Shown piece after piece: positions 36,231 to 45,749 of a stretch of DNA of 64,000 bases (position 1 is the stretch's first letter; the number at the start of each line of letters is the position of its first letter). The translations under genes and the position numbers were made by a program. The notes below the pieces were generated by a model. That model worked only from the letters and a program-made list of their open reading frames with translations. It had not been told where the DNA came from and made no database searches. This DNA comes from an uncultured bacterium. Lineage in GTDB: Bacteria > Chlamydiota > Chlamydiia > Chlamydiales > SM23-39. Location of the stretch: positions 13,404 through 77,403 of the forward strand of contig CAZVXF010000003.1 of the NCBI GenBank assembly GCA_964630875.1, in the 5' to 3' direction.

Positions 36231-37571
36231 TTATTGTCTTGGCTGAACGCTTTTACTGAGTTGACCTAAAAATTGAGGCAACTCAAGTCCGGCGGTTGCT
36301 GCAACGTCATGCAATGCTGGTAACGATTTCGAGAACTGACTGATGAAGTTCGCTGTTGACGATCCTTTGCCATCAGCGCCGCCTCCACTATCCCAGACAG
36401 TGATCTTATCAATCTTAATGTTTTTGATCGCTTCGACCTGAAGTTTGACGATCTCTTCTAATTTTTCGATAAGAAGCATAGTTGCTGCGCTTTTGGCATC
36501 TTCTCCACACGCTTCAAAAAGCTGCTTGTAACCCGCTGCTTTCGCATCAAGAAGCTTTTGAATCCCTTCAGCTTCCGCTTGGCGAATAGAGAGAATCGCC
36601 TCCGCTTCTCCGCGTGCAATAATTGCTTTTTTTTCTGCCTCTGCTTCGGCTTCGATTTGGATTTTTCTGCGTTGGATTTCTTGTGGAACGATTTGTTCTG
36701 CTTCTAGCAATTGTGTTTGTGCTAGTGCGCGAGCTTTTTGGATAAGAGCTTCTGCGTTTTGCTTTGCAATTTCACTGCGCTGGCTTGCTTCTGCCTCTTT
36801 TTCCGCCAAAATCGCATTGGTCAATGCCATTTGGGCCTTCGAGTCGTTTTCGCCCTTCACAGCATCCGCATGATAGGATGCAACCATGACTCGACGATCT
36901 CTTTCCGCCAAAGACTTCCCGATATCCCCTTGCTTTTCTTGCTCAGCGACATCCACCTTCGCCTGATTGACAGCCATAGAGGAAGCTTTCATTCCAATGC
37001 TCTCAATATAATTCGATTCATCGGTAATGTCGGTAATATTGACGTTGAGAAGCGTTAAACCAATCTTGTGTAATTCTGGTTCAATATTTTTCTTAATCGA
37101 CTCTAAAAATCTTTCACGGTCTTGATTAATTTCTTCAATGCGTAGCGAGGCGACTGTCAATCGGAGCTGACCGATAATAATTTCCGTTGCCATGGACTCA
37201 ATTTCTCTTGGGCCCAAATCAAGCATACGAACCGCTGCGTTATTCATGATTTCAGACATGGTACCGACAGCCACTGTAAATGTGCTTGGCACGTTTACAC
37301 GAATATTTTGATGAGAAAGCGCCCCTTTTAACGGAATGTGGATTGTGCGTGGAGTCAAATCAAGAAAAGCATATCCCTGAATGAGCGGCCAAATAAACGT
37401 TCCTCCGCCATGATAGCATTGAACTGTTTTGCTTCCGGCAACTCTTCCATAGACAACCAACACTTTATTTGAAGGACATCTGCGATACAATTTTGCCAAA
37501 AAATATAAAGTCGAGAAAATAAACAGTAGGAAACCTATCACTGTCATGTTTAAGTAGGAAAAATTGAGCAT
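36231..37571 (-). CDS. flotillin-like SPFH/band-7 protein (YqiK-like)
   Basis: N-terminal TM, SPFH domain and a long Ala/Glu-rich flotillin repeat region (EAEAEAEKKAIIARGEAEAILSIRQAEAEG). Confidence 0.85.
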   Translation of the reverse strand: MLNFSYLNMTVIGFLLFIFSTLYFLAKLYRRCPSNKVLVVYGRVAGSKTVQCYHGGGTFIWPLIQGYAFLDLTPRTIHIPLKGALSHQNIRVNVPSTFTVAVGTMSEIMNNAAVRMLDLGPREIESMATEIIIGQLRLTVASLRIEEINQDRERFLESIKKNIEPELHKIGLTLLNVNITDITDESNYIESIGMKASSMAVNQAKVDVAEQEKQGDIGKSLAERDRRVMVASYHADAVKGENDSKAQMALTNAILAEKEAEASQRSEIAKQNAEALIQKARALAQTQLLEAEQIVPQEIQRRKIQIEAEAEAEKKAIIARGEAEAILSIRQAEAEGIQKLLDAKAAGYKQLFEACGEDAKSAATMLLIEKLEEIVKLQVEAIKNIKIDKITVWDSGGGADGKGSSTANFISQFSKSLPALHDVAATAGLELPQFLGQLSKSVQPRQ

Positions 37572-37580
37572 AATAACCTC

Positions 37581-38087
37581 CTAAATAGATTTAACGACGA
37601 CCGTATTTGCGTCGGCTTTTTCAATTACTTTTACTCTGCTAAAAGATGGTAATTCCACGTCTGACAAAGAAATCGCATCAATTTCATGAGTAAAATTCTG
37701 CAACGATACTGAAATTTTTCCGGTACCGCCACTAGGTATACGTTGGTAAACAGTTGCTTCTTTTCCAATCGCTTCTTCGATCCTGTAGATGCTTCCATCG
37801 CTATGAATCTTCTTCGTGAGCCCATAGAGATAGCGAATCACAAAGATAGCGCCAAAACCCACAGGCAAAGAAATTGCAAGAGTTGGCGCCATTCCTAACA
37901 GAAACTCAATTTGACATGTGAGAGCAGCCCAACCAAACATCATGAGGAACCCGGTAATCGCCTGTAAAGAAAGCCATTTAAACTGCTTGCTTTCGGAGTC
38001 ACCTAACCCAAGAACATTAATCAGGAATTGAATCAAAAATAAACCGGAACCTGCGAGAGCGCAAAACCAAAAAGCTGAATTGTTCAT
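37581..38087 (-). CDS. NfeD/YqiJ-like membrane protein
   Basis: Three N-terminal TM helices and a C-terminal OB-like tail (GKEATVYQRIPSGGTGKISVSL...VKVIEKADANTVVVKSI). It lies 9 nt upstream of the flotillin gene, the classic NfeD-SPFH pairing. Confidence 0.7.
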   Translation of the reverse strand: MNNSAFWFCALAGSGLFLIQFLINVLGLGDSESKQFKWLSLQAITGFLMMFGWAALTCQIEFLLGMAPTLAISLPVGFGAIFVIRYLYGLTKKIHSDGSIYRIEEAIGKEATVYQRIPSGGTGKISVSLQNFTHEIDAISLSDVELPSFSRVKVIEKADANTVVVKSI

Positions 38088-38177
38088 ACCAACTCCAAGT
38101 TTTTGCGACTACGATACACAAAAATCGATAAATTTCATAGCAAAAACTGAGAATTCTATCGCGAGGAAAAAAGGGGG

Positions 38178-38753
38178 TTAAGAATTCGCTTTTTTGATCA
38201 GTTTTGTCTTCAAAATGAGAAAATGGGTGAGTAGAATCACTAATGTCAATCCAATCAGCAATAAGGATAAATAGAGGGTGGGATCCATCCCAAACTTTAG
38301 ATAACTAAAGACAAAATTGATGTCGGTTTTTGGATTTGTCACAGCCCATGTTAAAAGAATCACAAACCAACAGATTCCTATTTGAATCGGAAGTGCTTTC
38401 CTTGTATACCCAAAGCGAACGAGAAGCCAGGCGAAATAAATTGGCAAAATCATATGAAAGAGCGATAAGCATCGAATCCATAATGGGATCGATACATTAC
38501 TCATGTATCCTGTCAGTTCTGTATTCCATGGAAAAATTCGGGAAGCTAAAAAAATAATGACCCACAAAGATTCAAAAATAAAACCCTGCAATGCAGCCAT
38601 ACTTGCTAAGAAACGAGACTCAAAAATTGTCGCAAAATAAGCCAAAAGCAATGAGACATCTGAAATCCAGAGAATATTTGCTGGACCATAAGTGATCCAA
38701 TTCATAGGAAGTAGAATGAGCAAGAATATAGAGAATAATATTTTTAACATCAT
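38178..38753 (-). CDS. multi-pass membrane protein, unknown function
   Basis: 191-aa ORF with ~6 hydrophobic helices. Confidence 0.5.
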   Translation of the reverse strand: MMLKILFSIFLLILLPMNWITYGPANILWISDVSLLLAYFATIFESRFLASMAALQGFIFESLWVIIFLASRIFPWNTELTGYMSNVSIPLWIRCLSLFHMILPIYFAWLLVRFGYTRKALPIQIGICWFVILLTWAVTNPKTDINFVFSYLKFGMDPTLYLSLLLIGLTLVILLTHFLILKTKLIKKANS

Positions 38754-38929
38754 GATAATACATACATAATGTATTACCCTAATTAATTAAAGAGGCAGTT
38801 AAAACTAGTTCTTTTCTGAGGGAATTGCAAAACATCTTTAAAAAATTGAGAAGTGTCCAAAAAAGAATCTTTAAGAAGAAAGAACCTAGATTGTTATTTA
38901 ATAATAAATTTCTGTAAACTTAACGATCT

Positions 38930-39982
38930 ATGATTCAAAATCATGATCTTTCTGAGGAAGATTCAAAAATTCGAGAACGCTGGCTATTTGTTAGCGTTTT
39001 TTGTCTCTTACTGTATTTTGTAATTATATCGTTTTTCGAACTAGATCAGTTGTTAGGATTCATAATTACTCGATCGATCATATTTTATCTTCTTTATCGA
39101 TGTGCTTATAAAAATCCAGGTACAATATGGCTTACATTAAATATCATTCTCATTCCTCCTGTAATGATTTCTCAAACATACGAAATGAGAACATTTATTC
39201 TAGAAGACCCGATCTTTTTTATTATATACACAATAAACACAATCATTGTAATTTTTTATTACTATCTTACTTATAAACTCATAGATATAAATAAAAAGAT
39301 TCGGTTTCAGCAATTAGAAAATGAGGCGCATTTTTGCCCAGAATATCATGAAAAGTTTCTTCTCATGCAACAAAGTAAAACTTTAGAGAGTTTAGAAAAC
39401 ATCTATCTTTCGATTTCTGTGAAATGGCCATTATGGGCCTTTATCTCTGAAAAAGAATATATAAGAAAAAAATGTGAGATTTCTGGCTTTGAAAATAAAA
39501 ATCATTTACTTCAGAAAATTCAGTCCAAACTATATAAAGCGATTTTTCCGATATTTTTAATTGCATTTTTTTTATTATTTTCAATTTATTTAATTGTAAA
39601 TTACAATAATTGTAAATTAGAAATTCAAAATATTGCATATTATAAAAAACATCTTCCTGGTGAGCTCTATCATTCATTCCTAGAGCAAAAGCTGTTTGGC
39701 AACAATCTCAGAGAGCAACATAATCCAAAAGGGGGCTATCGATTGATTGTTGAAAAAACAAACGATCCTAAAATTGGAGAATTTGTTGCCATTCATTATC
39801 AAGCCCGTCATTCTGGAAGTATCTCATTAGGATATCAAAATCAGAATCTTACGAACTATGTATTGATTGATCAGTGGGGATCTGATTACGTATCTTCAAC
39901 TCCGTGTTCTAAAAACGAGGAAGACAAAATTGTAAATTTTTTGGTTAATGATGTTGTCCCTATTTTCAAAAATAAATTTTGA
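38930..39982 (+). CDS. hypothetical membrane protein in an AT-rich segment
   Basis: 350-aa ORF with several N-terminal TM helices and a soluble C-terminal part. It is visibly more AT-rich than its neighbours. Confidence 0.45.
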   Translation: MIQNHDLSEEDSKIRERWLFVSVFCLLLYFVIISFFELDQLLGFIITRSIIFYLLYRCAYKNPGTIWLTLNIILIPPVMISQTYEMRTFILEDPIFFIIYTINTIIVIFYYYLTYKLIDINKKIRFQQLENEAHFCPEYHEKFLLMQQSKTLESLENIYLSISVKWPLWAFISEKEYIRKKCEISGFENKNHLLQKIQSKLYKAIFPIFLIAFFLLFSIYLIVNYNNCKLEIQNIAYYKKHLPGELYHSFLEQKLFGNNLREQHNPKGGYRLIVEKTNDPKIGEFVAIHYQARHSGSISLGYQNQNLTNYVLIDQWGSDYVSSTPCSKNEEDKIVNFLVNDVVPIFKNKF

Positions 39983-39988
39983 AAAGAA

Positions 39989-40063
39989 TCTGGGTGATAG
40001 GATTCGAACCTACGACCTCTTGCACCCCATGCAAACGCGCTAGCCAAGCTGCGCTACACCCAG
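39989..40063 (-). tRNA. tRNA-Pro (anticodon GGG)
   Basis: Hand-folded cloverleaf. Acceptor CTGGGTG/CACCCAG includes the C1:G72 pair typical of bacterial tRNA-Pro. D arm TAGCGCAGCTTGGCTAGCGC, anticodon loop ATGGGGT, T arm GGTTCGAATCC, discriminator A. Confidence 0.9.
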
Positions 40064-40318
40064 ATAGTCAGAAGGAAGCTCTTCGAATTGGAATTCAGAT
40101 TTTTTGAATTCTTTGAGGCCATGTCGAGCACAATTTTCGATAATTTTTTCTAAAGTATCGCCTTGATTGAGATCTAGAGAACTAATATCTACAGATAATG
40201 AAGCGCTAAGGATAACCCCATTGCGCAATCCTTGTACTTTGAAATTGGCAAAGATTGCCCCTTTTTTTCGGGTTACATTCACAAATCGTATTAAATTATT
40301 TTCAGCTAAATCTTTCAT
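40040..40318 (-). CDS. small hypothetical protein whose last 8 codons (including the stop) lie inside tRNA-Pro
   Basis: ATG 40318 is preceded by GGAGAAACATACC. The 92-aa product ends ...SDYLGVAQLG*, where LGVAQLG* is the translation of tRNA positions 1-24. Confidence 0.45.
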   Translation of the reverse strand: MKDLAENNLIRFVNVTRKKGAIFANFKVQGLRNGVILSASLSVDISSLDLNQGDTLEKIIENCARHGLKEFKKSEFQFEELPSDYLGVAQLG

Positions 40319-40395
40319 GGTATGTTTCTCCAAAACGCTGATTTTAGTCGTATGTATTTCTTTCTGTCAATGCAGGAATTTGTTAAAATTAATCC

Positions 40396-41085
40396 ATGAA
40401 TTTTACCGAGATTCCCATGGATCCATCCTGGAAAGAGCAATTGAAAGATGAGTTTGAAAAACCGTACATGTTGGAATTGAAACAATTTCTTCAACAAGAA
40501 TTGGCTTCGAAAACAGTAATTTATCCTCCAATGAAACAAGTCTTTCATGCGTTTAATTGTACACCTTTTGACAAAGTAAAAGTAGTCATTGTGGGTCAAG
40601 ATCCCTATCACGGACCTGGACAGGCAGAGGGTCTTTGCTTTAGCGTTCCAAAAGGCGTTCCCGTTCCACCGTCTCTGCAAAACATTTTTAAAGAGCTTCA
40701 TTCAGAGTTTAAGATTCCAAAACCCAATCACGGTTCTTTAGTTTCGTGGGCAGAGCAAGGCGTACTTTTGCTGAATGCCACCTTAACTGTAAGGGAAAAT
40801 CAGCCGAAATCACATTATGGTAAGGGCTGGGAGACATTTACGGATCGAGTCATTGAAATTTTAGCAGAAAAAACAGATCCAATTGTTTTTCTTTTATGGG
40901 GACGATCTGCAATTGAAAAGTTCGAACATTTTCATAAAAAACCGATTCCTCATCTTGTTTTAACAGCTCCACACCCATCTCCATTGTCTGCTTATTCTGG
41001 TTTTTTTGGCTGCGCCCATTTCTCTAAAACCAATGCTTTTCTAAAAGAGCATCACAAAAAAGAAATTCATTGGAATTTGCCATGA
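40396..41085 (+). CDS. ung: uracil-DNA glycosylase
   Basis: VVIVGQDPYHGPGQAEGLCFSV, LLLNATLTV and HPSPLSA motifs. Confidence 0.92.
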   Translation: MNFTEIPMDPSWKEQLKDEFEKPYMLELKQFLQQELASKTVIYPPMKQVFHAFNCTPFDKVKVVIVGQDPYHGPGQAEGLCFSVPKGVPVPPSLQNIFKELHSEFKIPKPNHGSLVSWAEQGVLLLNATLTVRENQPKSHYGKGWETFTDRVIEILAEKTDPIVFLLWGRSAIEKFEHFHKKPIPHLVLTAPHPSPLSAYSGFFGCAHFSKTNAFLKEHHKKEIHWNLP

Positions 41086-41984
41086 ATTGGCAAGAAAAAA
41101 TTGAACAAATTTTAGGCGCAATTCCTGCAAATATTTTGCGCAAAGCACGCGCTGAATTATCTTCCAGTTATCGAGAAAAAAATTCATCACAATCGGTCTT
41201 TGCAGACCAAGCAAAGCGATTGGCATATCTTGCAACGCGCTTTCCTGCGACATTTGCAGCTGTACAAGAAGTCTGCAAGAGATTGCCAACACCTCAAACA
41301 ATCCTTGATTTGGGAGCAGGTCCCGCAACAGCGACTCTTGCGCTTGTCGATCTATTTCCAAACATTCAAGCGACTCTTGTTGAAAAAAGTTCAGAGGCGA
41401 TCTCGCTTGGCAAGGAGTTGCTGGAAGGTCATACCTGGATCTGTAAGGACATGAAAGAATTGAAAGAGATCCCAAAAGCCGATCTTTGTATTCTTTCTTA
41501 CTCATTAGGCGAAATAAAGCCCTTAGGAACGTTTTTAGAACGACTTTGGCAATCGGAAGTAGCAACAATTGCGATCATTGAGCCCGGAACTCCGTCTGGA
41601 TATCAAACCATTTTGGACGCGCGCGATTTTTTCATCACCGTGAACGCAAAGATTGTTGCGCCGTGTCCACACGCACTTCAATGTCCGTTGAAAGGAAATG
41701 ATTGGTGTCACTTTTCAATCCGTCTCGAGAGGACAAAACTTCATCGCCTACTCAAAGAAGGCACTCTTGGTTACGAAGATGAAAAATTCTCCTATCTCAT
41801 CGTTTCTAAAAAAATATCTCCGACCGGAGGTGACCGTATCCTTCGTCACCCATTCAAGGGATCGGGTTTTGTCCGCTTTAATCTTTGCACAGAAGAGGGG
41901 ACAAATCGAGAACGGGTTGTATCCCGAAAAGATAAAGAGCTGTACCGTTTGGCACGCGATGCTAAATGGGGAGATTTATTGTGA
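41070..41984 (+). CDS. Rsm22-like SAM-dependent methyltransferase
   Basis: ILDLGAGPATATLA (SAM motif I) and CPHALQCPLKGNDWCHFSIRLERTKLHR, the Cys-rich block characteristic of the Rsm22 family. Confidence 0.6.
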   Translation: MEFAMNWQEKIEQILGAIPANILRKARAELSSSYREKNSSQSVFADQAKRLAYLATRFPATFAAVQEVCKRLPTPQTILDLGAGPATATLALVDLFPNIQATLVEKSSEAISLGKELLEGHTWICKDMKELKEIPKADLCILSYSLGEIKPLGTFLERLWQSEVATIAIIEPGTPSGYQTILDARDFFITVNAKIVAPCPHALQCPLKGNDWCHFSIRLERTKLHRLLKEGTLGYEDEKFSYLIVSKKISPTGGDRILRHPFKGSGFVRFNLCTEEGTNRERVVSRKDKELYRLARDAKWGDLL

Positions 41985-42037
41985 TAAAACATAAAATATC
42001 TTGCTCATTATTAATCAGAGAAAGTAATTGGAGATTA

Positions 42038-42071
42038 TATAGTCGTTTAAAATATATTTTAAGCGACTATA
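42038..42071. other. 34-nt near-perfect palindrome (17-bp arms, one G:T position)
   Basis: TATAGTCGTTTAAAATA|TATTTTAAGCGACTATA, lying between the Rsm22-like stop and the SD of the small ORF at 42096. It could be a terminator hairpin or an operator. Confidence 0.5.
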
Positions 42072-42095
42072 ACTTTTAATTTAGGAGAAGACCAA

Positions 42096-42275
42096 ATGGC
42101 GAAAAAAGATGGAAGTAGCAACACAGCAATTGTTGCAGTTGTTGTCATCGTTGTTATCGTACTGATTGCTGGCATATCTTATTGGGGCGGCTGGTGGGGT
42201 CACGGTGGGAAAAAAAGCGGTGGCGTAGACAAAACGAAAATCGTAACCCCTCCAAACGTTCATATGAAACATTAA
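42096..42275 (+). CDS. 59-aa single-pass membrane protein (not in the ORF track)
   Basis: SD TTAGGAGAAGACCAA precedes the ATG. Hand translation: MAKKDGSSNTAIVAVVVIVVIVLIAGISYWGGWWGHGGKKSGGVDKTKIVTPPNVHMKH*. The track instead lists an antisense ORF (42081..42272). Confidence 0.55.
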   Translation: MAKKDGSSNTAIVAVVVIVVIVLIAGISYWGGWWGHGGKKSGGVDKTKIVTPPNVHMKH

Positions 42276-42506
42276 ACTCGAAAGAGGTCTATTGTGGGAA
42301 AGTCGTTCAGAACCTGTTTGTAAGTGGCGTTTAGATTGTTTATGAAAATTCAGATTGTTCAGAACTGACGAGAAATCAACAGTATTTCGACAAGTTATGG
42401 ACGGTTTTTTTCTATTGAAGCGCCTTTATAGGTTACGAACATTTCCACAGCCACTAAAGAAGAAGAGAATTCTATACATATATTCTTATTCTAATATAAT
42501 CAGGCC

Positions 42507-43217
42507 ATGTTTTTGCTGAGTGAATTCTTTCCTTTAAATGGTTTTGCTCATGAGTCACTTTGGAAAACGGATGGTGTCTTATGGGATCCTCTCTTCTCTT
42601 TAGAAGATTATCTAAAAAACTACAAACACCATATCGAAATTATTCTACCTGAGAATGTTACACTTAAATACCCACATCTTATTTCCATTGGACAAGGAAC
42701 AACAATTGAGCCCAATGTCTATATAGAGGGACCTTGTATCATCGGTAAAAATTGCACAATTCGTCATGGAGCTTATCTCCGGAGCAATGTCATTTTAGGA
42801 GATCGTGTCACTGTTGGGCATGGTTCTGAAGTAAAAAACTCAGTGATGATGAATCAAGCTGTGGCAGCTCACCTTTGCTACGTCGGTGATAGTATTCTCG
42901 GACCTAATGCCAATTTAGGTGCGGGAGTCAAATGTTCCAACTTAAGACTGGATCGACAAGAAATCTATGTGAAATATCAAGAACAGAAGATCCATACAGG
43001 TCTTGTGAAGCTAGGTTCAATCCTAGGAAGCGGCGTTCAAGTGGGCTGTAATGCGGTATTAAATCCAGGAACTTTTGTTGGTAAAGACAGTTTCATTTGT
43101 CCTTTAATGAATATCGGAGGATATATTCCTTCTGGAGTTCACATTCGGCCCTCTCAAAATTGGGTTGTAGAAACCAGACCTGAAAAAATCCTCCAAAATT
43201 TAAAAAAATATGTTTGA
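42507..43217 (+). CDS. left-handed beta-helix (hexapeptide repeat) transferase family protein
   Basis: Repeated [LIV]-G-x-x-x-x hexads (IGKNCTIRHGAYLRSNVILGDRVTVGHGSEVKNSVMM...). Confidence 0.6.
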   Translation: MFLLSEFFPLNGFAHESLWKTDGVLWDPLFSLEDYLKNYKHHIEIILPENVTLKYPHLISIGQGTTIEPNVYIEGPCIIGKNCTIRHGAYLRSNVILGDRVTVGHGSEVKNSVMMNQAVAAHLCYVGDSILGPNANLGAGVKCSNLRLDRQEIYVKYQEQKIHTGLVKLGSILGSGVQVGCNAVLNPGTFVGKDSFICPLMNIGGYIPSGVHIRPSQNWVVETRPEKILQNLKKYV

Positions 43218-44061
43218 AAAATATAAAGCTCGTGTCGAAAGTGCGTTGCTGCAATACATTGATGGGATGGGAGAAAAGAGTCCTTTGCGCGATGCATGTG
43301 CATATTCTCTAACCAATGGAGGAAAAAGACTTCGTCCTATTTTGGTATTAATGATCGGGGAAGCGCTTGGGAAAAATGATGTGATGCCGGCCGCACTGAG
43401 TGTCGAATTTTTTCATACAGCGTCTTTAATTGCGGATGATCTTCCCTCAATGGACAATGATGCGATGCGCAGAGGTGTTCCTTCTCTTCACGTTGCGTTT
43501 GGAGAGACGGCTGCCATATTGGCGAGCTACACATTAATGGCTGCAGGTTATGGCGGGATTCATGAAAATGGAAGAATCATCGGAAATGACAAAAGGGCCA
43601 TGGAATGCTTGAAGTATGCTGTAAAATGTGCTGGAATTCAAGGGGCCACGCAAGGCCAGTATGATGATCTTTTCCCACCTGATTTAAGTTTAAAGACCAT
43701 TCAAGCGATTATTTACAAGAAAACGGTCACGCTCTTTGAAATTTCTTTTCTCTTTGGTTGGATTTTCGGCGGAGGTGATTTATCGAAGATTCCTCTTTTG
43801 AAAAAAAGTGCCTATCACTTGGGAATGGCCTTCCAAATTGGTGATGATTTAGAAGATAGTCTTCAAGATGCTGGACATATTCGAGGATTGAATATTGCTG
43901 CTGCGTTAGGCAGAGAAAATGCGATCTCTCATCTAGAACAAGAGATTGCTTCTTTTGAAGAAAAATTGAAGGAACTCTCGTTATGGAGTTCACCCTTTCA
44001 AGCGCTGGTTAAAACGTTACAAAAACCCCTATTTGTCTCGAACTTTTGCGCTGTCCGTTAA
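43210..44061 (+). CDS. ispA: polyprenyl (farnesyl/geranylgeranyl) diphosphate synthase
   Basis: GGKRLRP, first DDxxxxD (ASLIADDLPSMDNDAMRRG) and second DDxxD (FQIGDDLED). Confidence 0.8.
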   Translation: MFEKYKARVESALLQYIDGMGEKSPLRDACAYSLTNGGKRLRPILVLMIGEALGKNDVMPAALSVEFFHTASLIADDLPSMDNDAMRRGVPSLHVAFGETAAILASYTLMAAGYGGIHENGRIIGNDKRAMECLKYAVKCAGIQGATQGQYDDLFPPDLSLKTIQAIIYKKTVTLFEISFLFGWIFGGGDLSKIPLLKKSAYHLGMAFQIGDDLEDSLQDAGHIRGLNIAAALGRENAISHLEQEIASFEEKLKELSLWSSPFQALVKTLQKPLFVSNFCAVR

Positions 44062-44088
44062 CGCAAACGTTCGAGATATAGCTCGGCT

Positions 44089-44517
44089 TTAATGCATCAA
44101 GGTTTCGTTGATTTTTTGCTCAAAATCTTGTTTTGACATATAGCCTACTTGTCTATAGACAGGATTGTTGTTTCCTGGTCTAAAAAAGAGAAGTGTTGGC
44201 ATGCCAGTGACTTGAAATCTTTGAACAAACGAAGGTTGAGAATCAACATCCACTTTTGCAAATAACACTCTACCCGCATATTGCTGGTTCAGTTCGTCAA
44301 TGACTGGACTGACCATTTTACATGCCCCACACCATGTTGCATAGATATCAACAACAACTGGAACCTTTGACGTCTGAATTGTTCGATCGAAATCGCCATC
44401 TGTAAGATGAACAATATTCGCATTAGAATTCATTGTCTGGCTACGCGGGTAGTTTGCAATCTCCTCGCCTTGAACGAAGGCGAAACTGAAAATCAATAAT
44501 GCAATTATTTTTTTCAT
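44089..44517 (-). CDS. exported thioredoxin-fold protein
   Basis: Signal peptide MKKIIALLIFSFAFVQG plus the WCGACK active site. Confidence 0.8.
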   Translation of the reverse strand: MKKIIALLIFSFAFVQGEEIANYPRSQTMNSNANIVHLTDGDFDRTIQTSKVPVVVDIYATWCGACKMVSPVIDELNQQYAGRVLFAKVDVDSQPSFVQRFQVTGMPTLLFFRPGNNNPVYRQVGYMSKQDFEQKINETLMH

Positions 44518-44558
44518 ACTGAATCCTATAATTAGCCTTTTTGACTTCCATATACGAA

Positions 44559-45599
44559 TTAAGATTGTTTTTCAACCGGCTCTACATTTTTTTTCAATTT
44601 AGCATGGATTTGTTTTTCAATTTCCTCTGCTACTTTTGGATTGTTTTTGAGCTCTTCTTTCGCAGCTTCTCTTCCCTGTCCGAGTCGATGATTTTGGAAG
44701 CTAAACCAAGTTCCCTTCTTCTCTACAACACCTGTGTCTACGCCCACATCGACGAGAGATCCGGTGTGAGAAATACCTTCATTAAACATCACATCAAATT
44801 CGGCAGATTGAAAAGGAGGCGCGCATTTATTTTTCACAATCTTAACGCGAACGCGAGATCCAATGTCTGATGAATTGTCCGCATTTTTGATCCCACCGAT
44901 TCGGCGAATATCTAGGCGAATCGATGCATAGAATTTCAACGCTTTACCGCCTGTTGTTGTTTCTGGATTTCCAAACATTACGCCAATTTTATCGCGAATT
45001 TGGTTAATAAAAATCGCGCAGGTATTGCTTTTGGAAAGAGTTGCTGTCAGTTTTCGAAGCGCCTGAGACATCATGCGAGCTTGTAAGCCCATGTGCTGAT
45101 CTCCAATTTCTCCTTCAAGTTCAGTTTTTGGAACAAGCGCTGCAACCGAGTCAATCACGATCACATCCACTGCATTCGAACGAGCGAGCATTTCTGCAAT
45201 ATTTAAGGCCTCTTCTCCATTATCAGGTTGTGAAATCATCAAGTCATCGATATTGACACCGATTTTGGCAGCATACGCAGGATCGAGGGCGTGCTCTGCA
45301 TCAATGTATGCAGCAAGGCCACCATTTCGTTGAGCCGACGCAACGATATGGAGAGCGAGCGTTGATTTACCAGAAGATTCTGGGCCATAGATTTCAACAA
45401 TTCGGCCTCTAGGTACACCCCCAATTCCAAGTGCGAGATCAAGAGAAATCGCGCCTGTTTTAATGACGCTTAAGCCATTACTGGAAGCGTGCTTTCCTAA
45501 AGTCATAATGGCGCCATCTCCAAATTGCTTTTGGATATGGGAAATTGCAAGTTCTAATGCTTTCTTCTTATTTGTATCTTGAGTGAGTTGTTGAGACAT
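44559..45599 (-). CDS. recA: recombinase A
   Basis: [44 protein letters not shown] and [22 protein letters not shown]. Start set at Met 45599 (SD GGAG). Confidence 0.95.
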   Translation of the reverse strand: MSQQLTQDTNKKKALELAISHIQKQFGDGAIMTLGKHASSNGLSVIKTGAISLDLALGIGGVPRGRIVEIYGPESSGKSTLALHIVASAQRNGGLAAYIDAEHALDPAYAAKIGVNIDDLMISQPDNGEEALNIAEMLARSNAVDVIVIDSVAALVPKTELEGEIGDQHMGLQARMMSQALRKLTATLSKSNTCAIFINQIRDKIGVMFGNPETTTGGKALKFYASIRLDIRRIGGIKNADNSSDIGSRVRVKIVKNKCAPPFQSAEFDVMFNEGISHTGSLVDVGVDTGVVEKKGTWFSFQNHRLGQGREAAKEELKNNPKVAEEIEKQIHAKLKKNVEPVEKQS

Positions 45600-45749
45600 A
45601 AGTTTCTCCATTTTTATAACAGTATACACAAAAACCCCTGATTTCTATATGAAGAAAATAAAGTAGGCGAAACATCTTCAATGTGAGCAAGCGCGTGACT
45701 GTTTCCGAGAATCGAAAACGCTAACGTTAACGGGGAATTAGGTATTTAA

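Noticed and set aside
40315-41568. 128-aa and 175-aa minus-strand ORFs overlapping ung and the Rsm22-like gene
   Set aside because: They are antisense to well-supported genes and have no motifs or SD.
41950-41964. Sigma-54 promoter-like TGGCAC...GC element (TTGGCACGCGATGCT), of interest because rpoN is in the window
   Set aside because: The GG-to-GC spacing is 10 nt rather than the canonical 12. The element is inside the Rsm22-like CDS, about 140 nt from the next start. Other TGGCAC occurrences (19593, 27784, 49165) lack a correctly spaced GC.
42081-42272. 63-aa minus-strand ORF from the track
   Set aside because: It has no SD and an implausible composition. The plus strand carries a better-supported small membrane protein ORF with an AGGAG SD.
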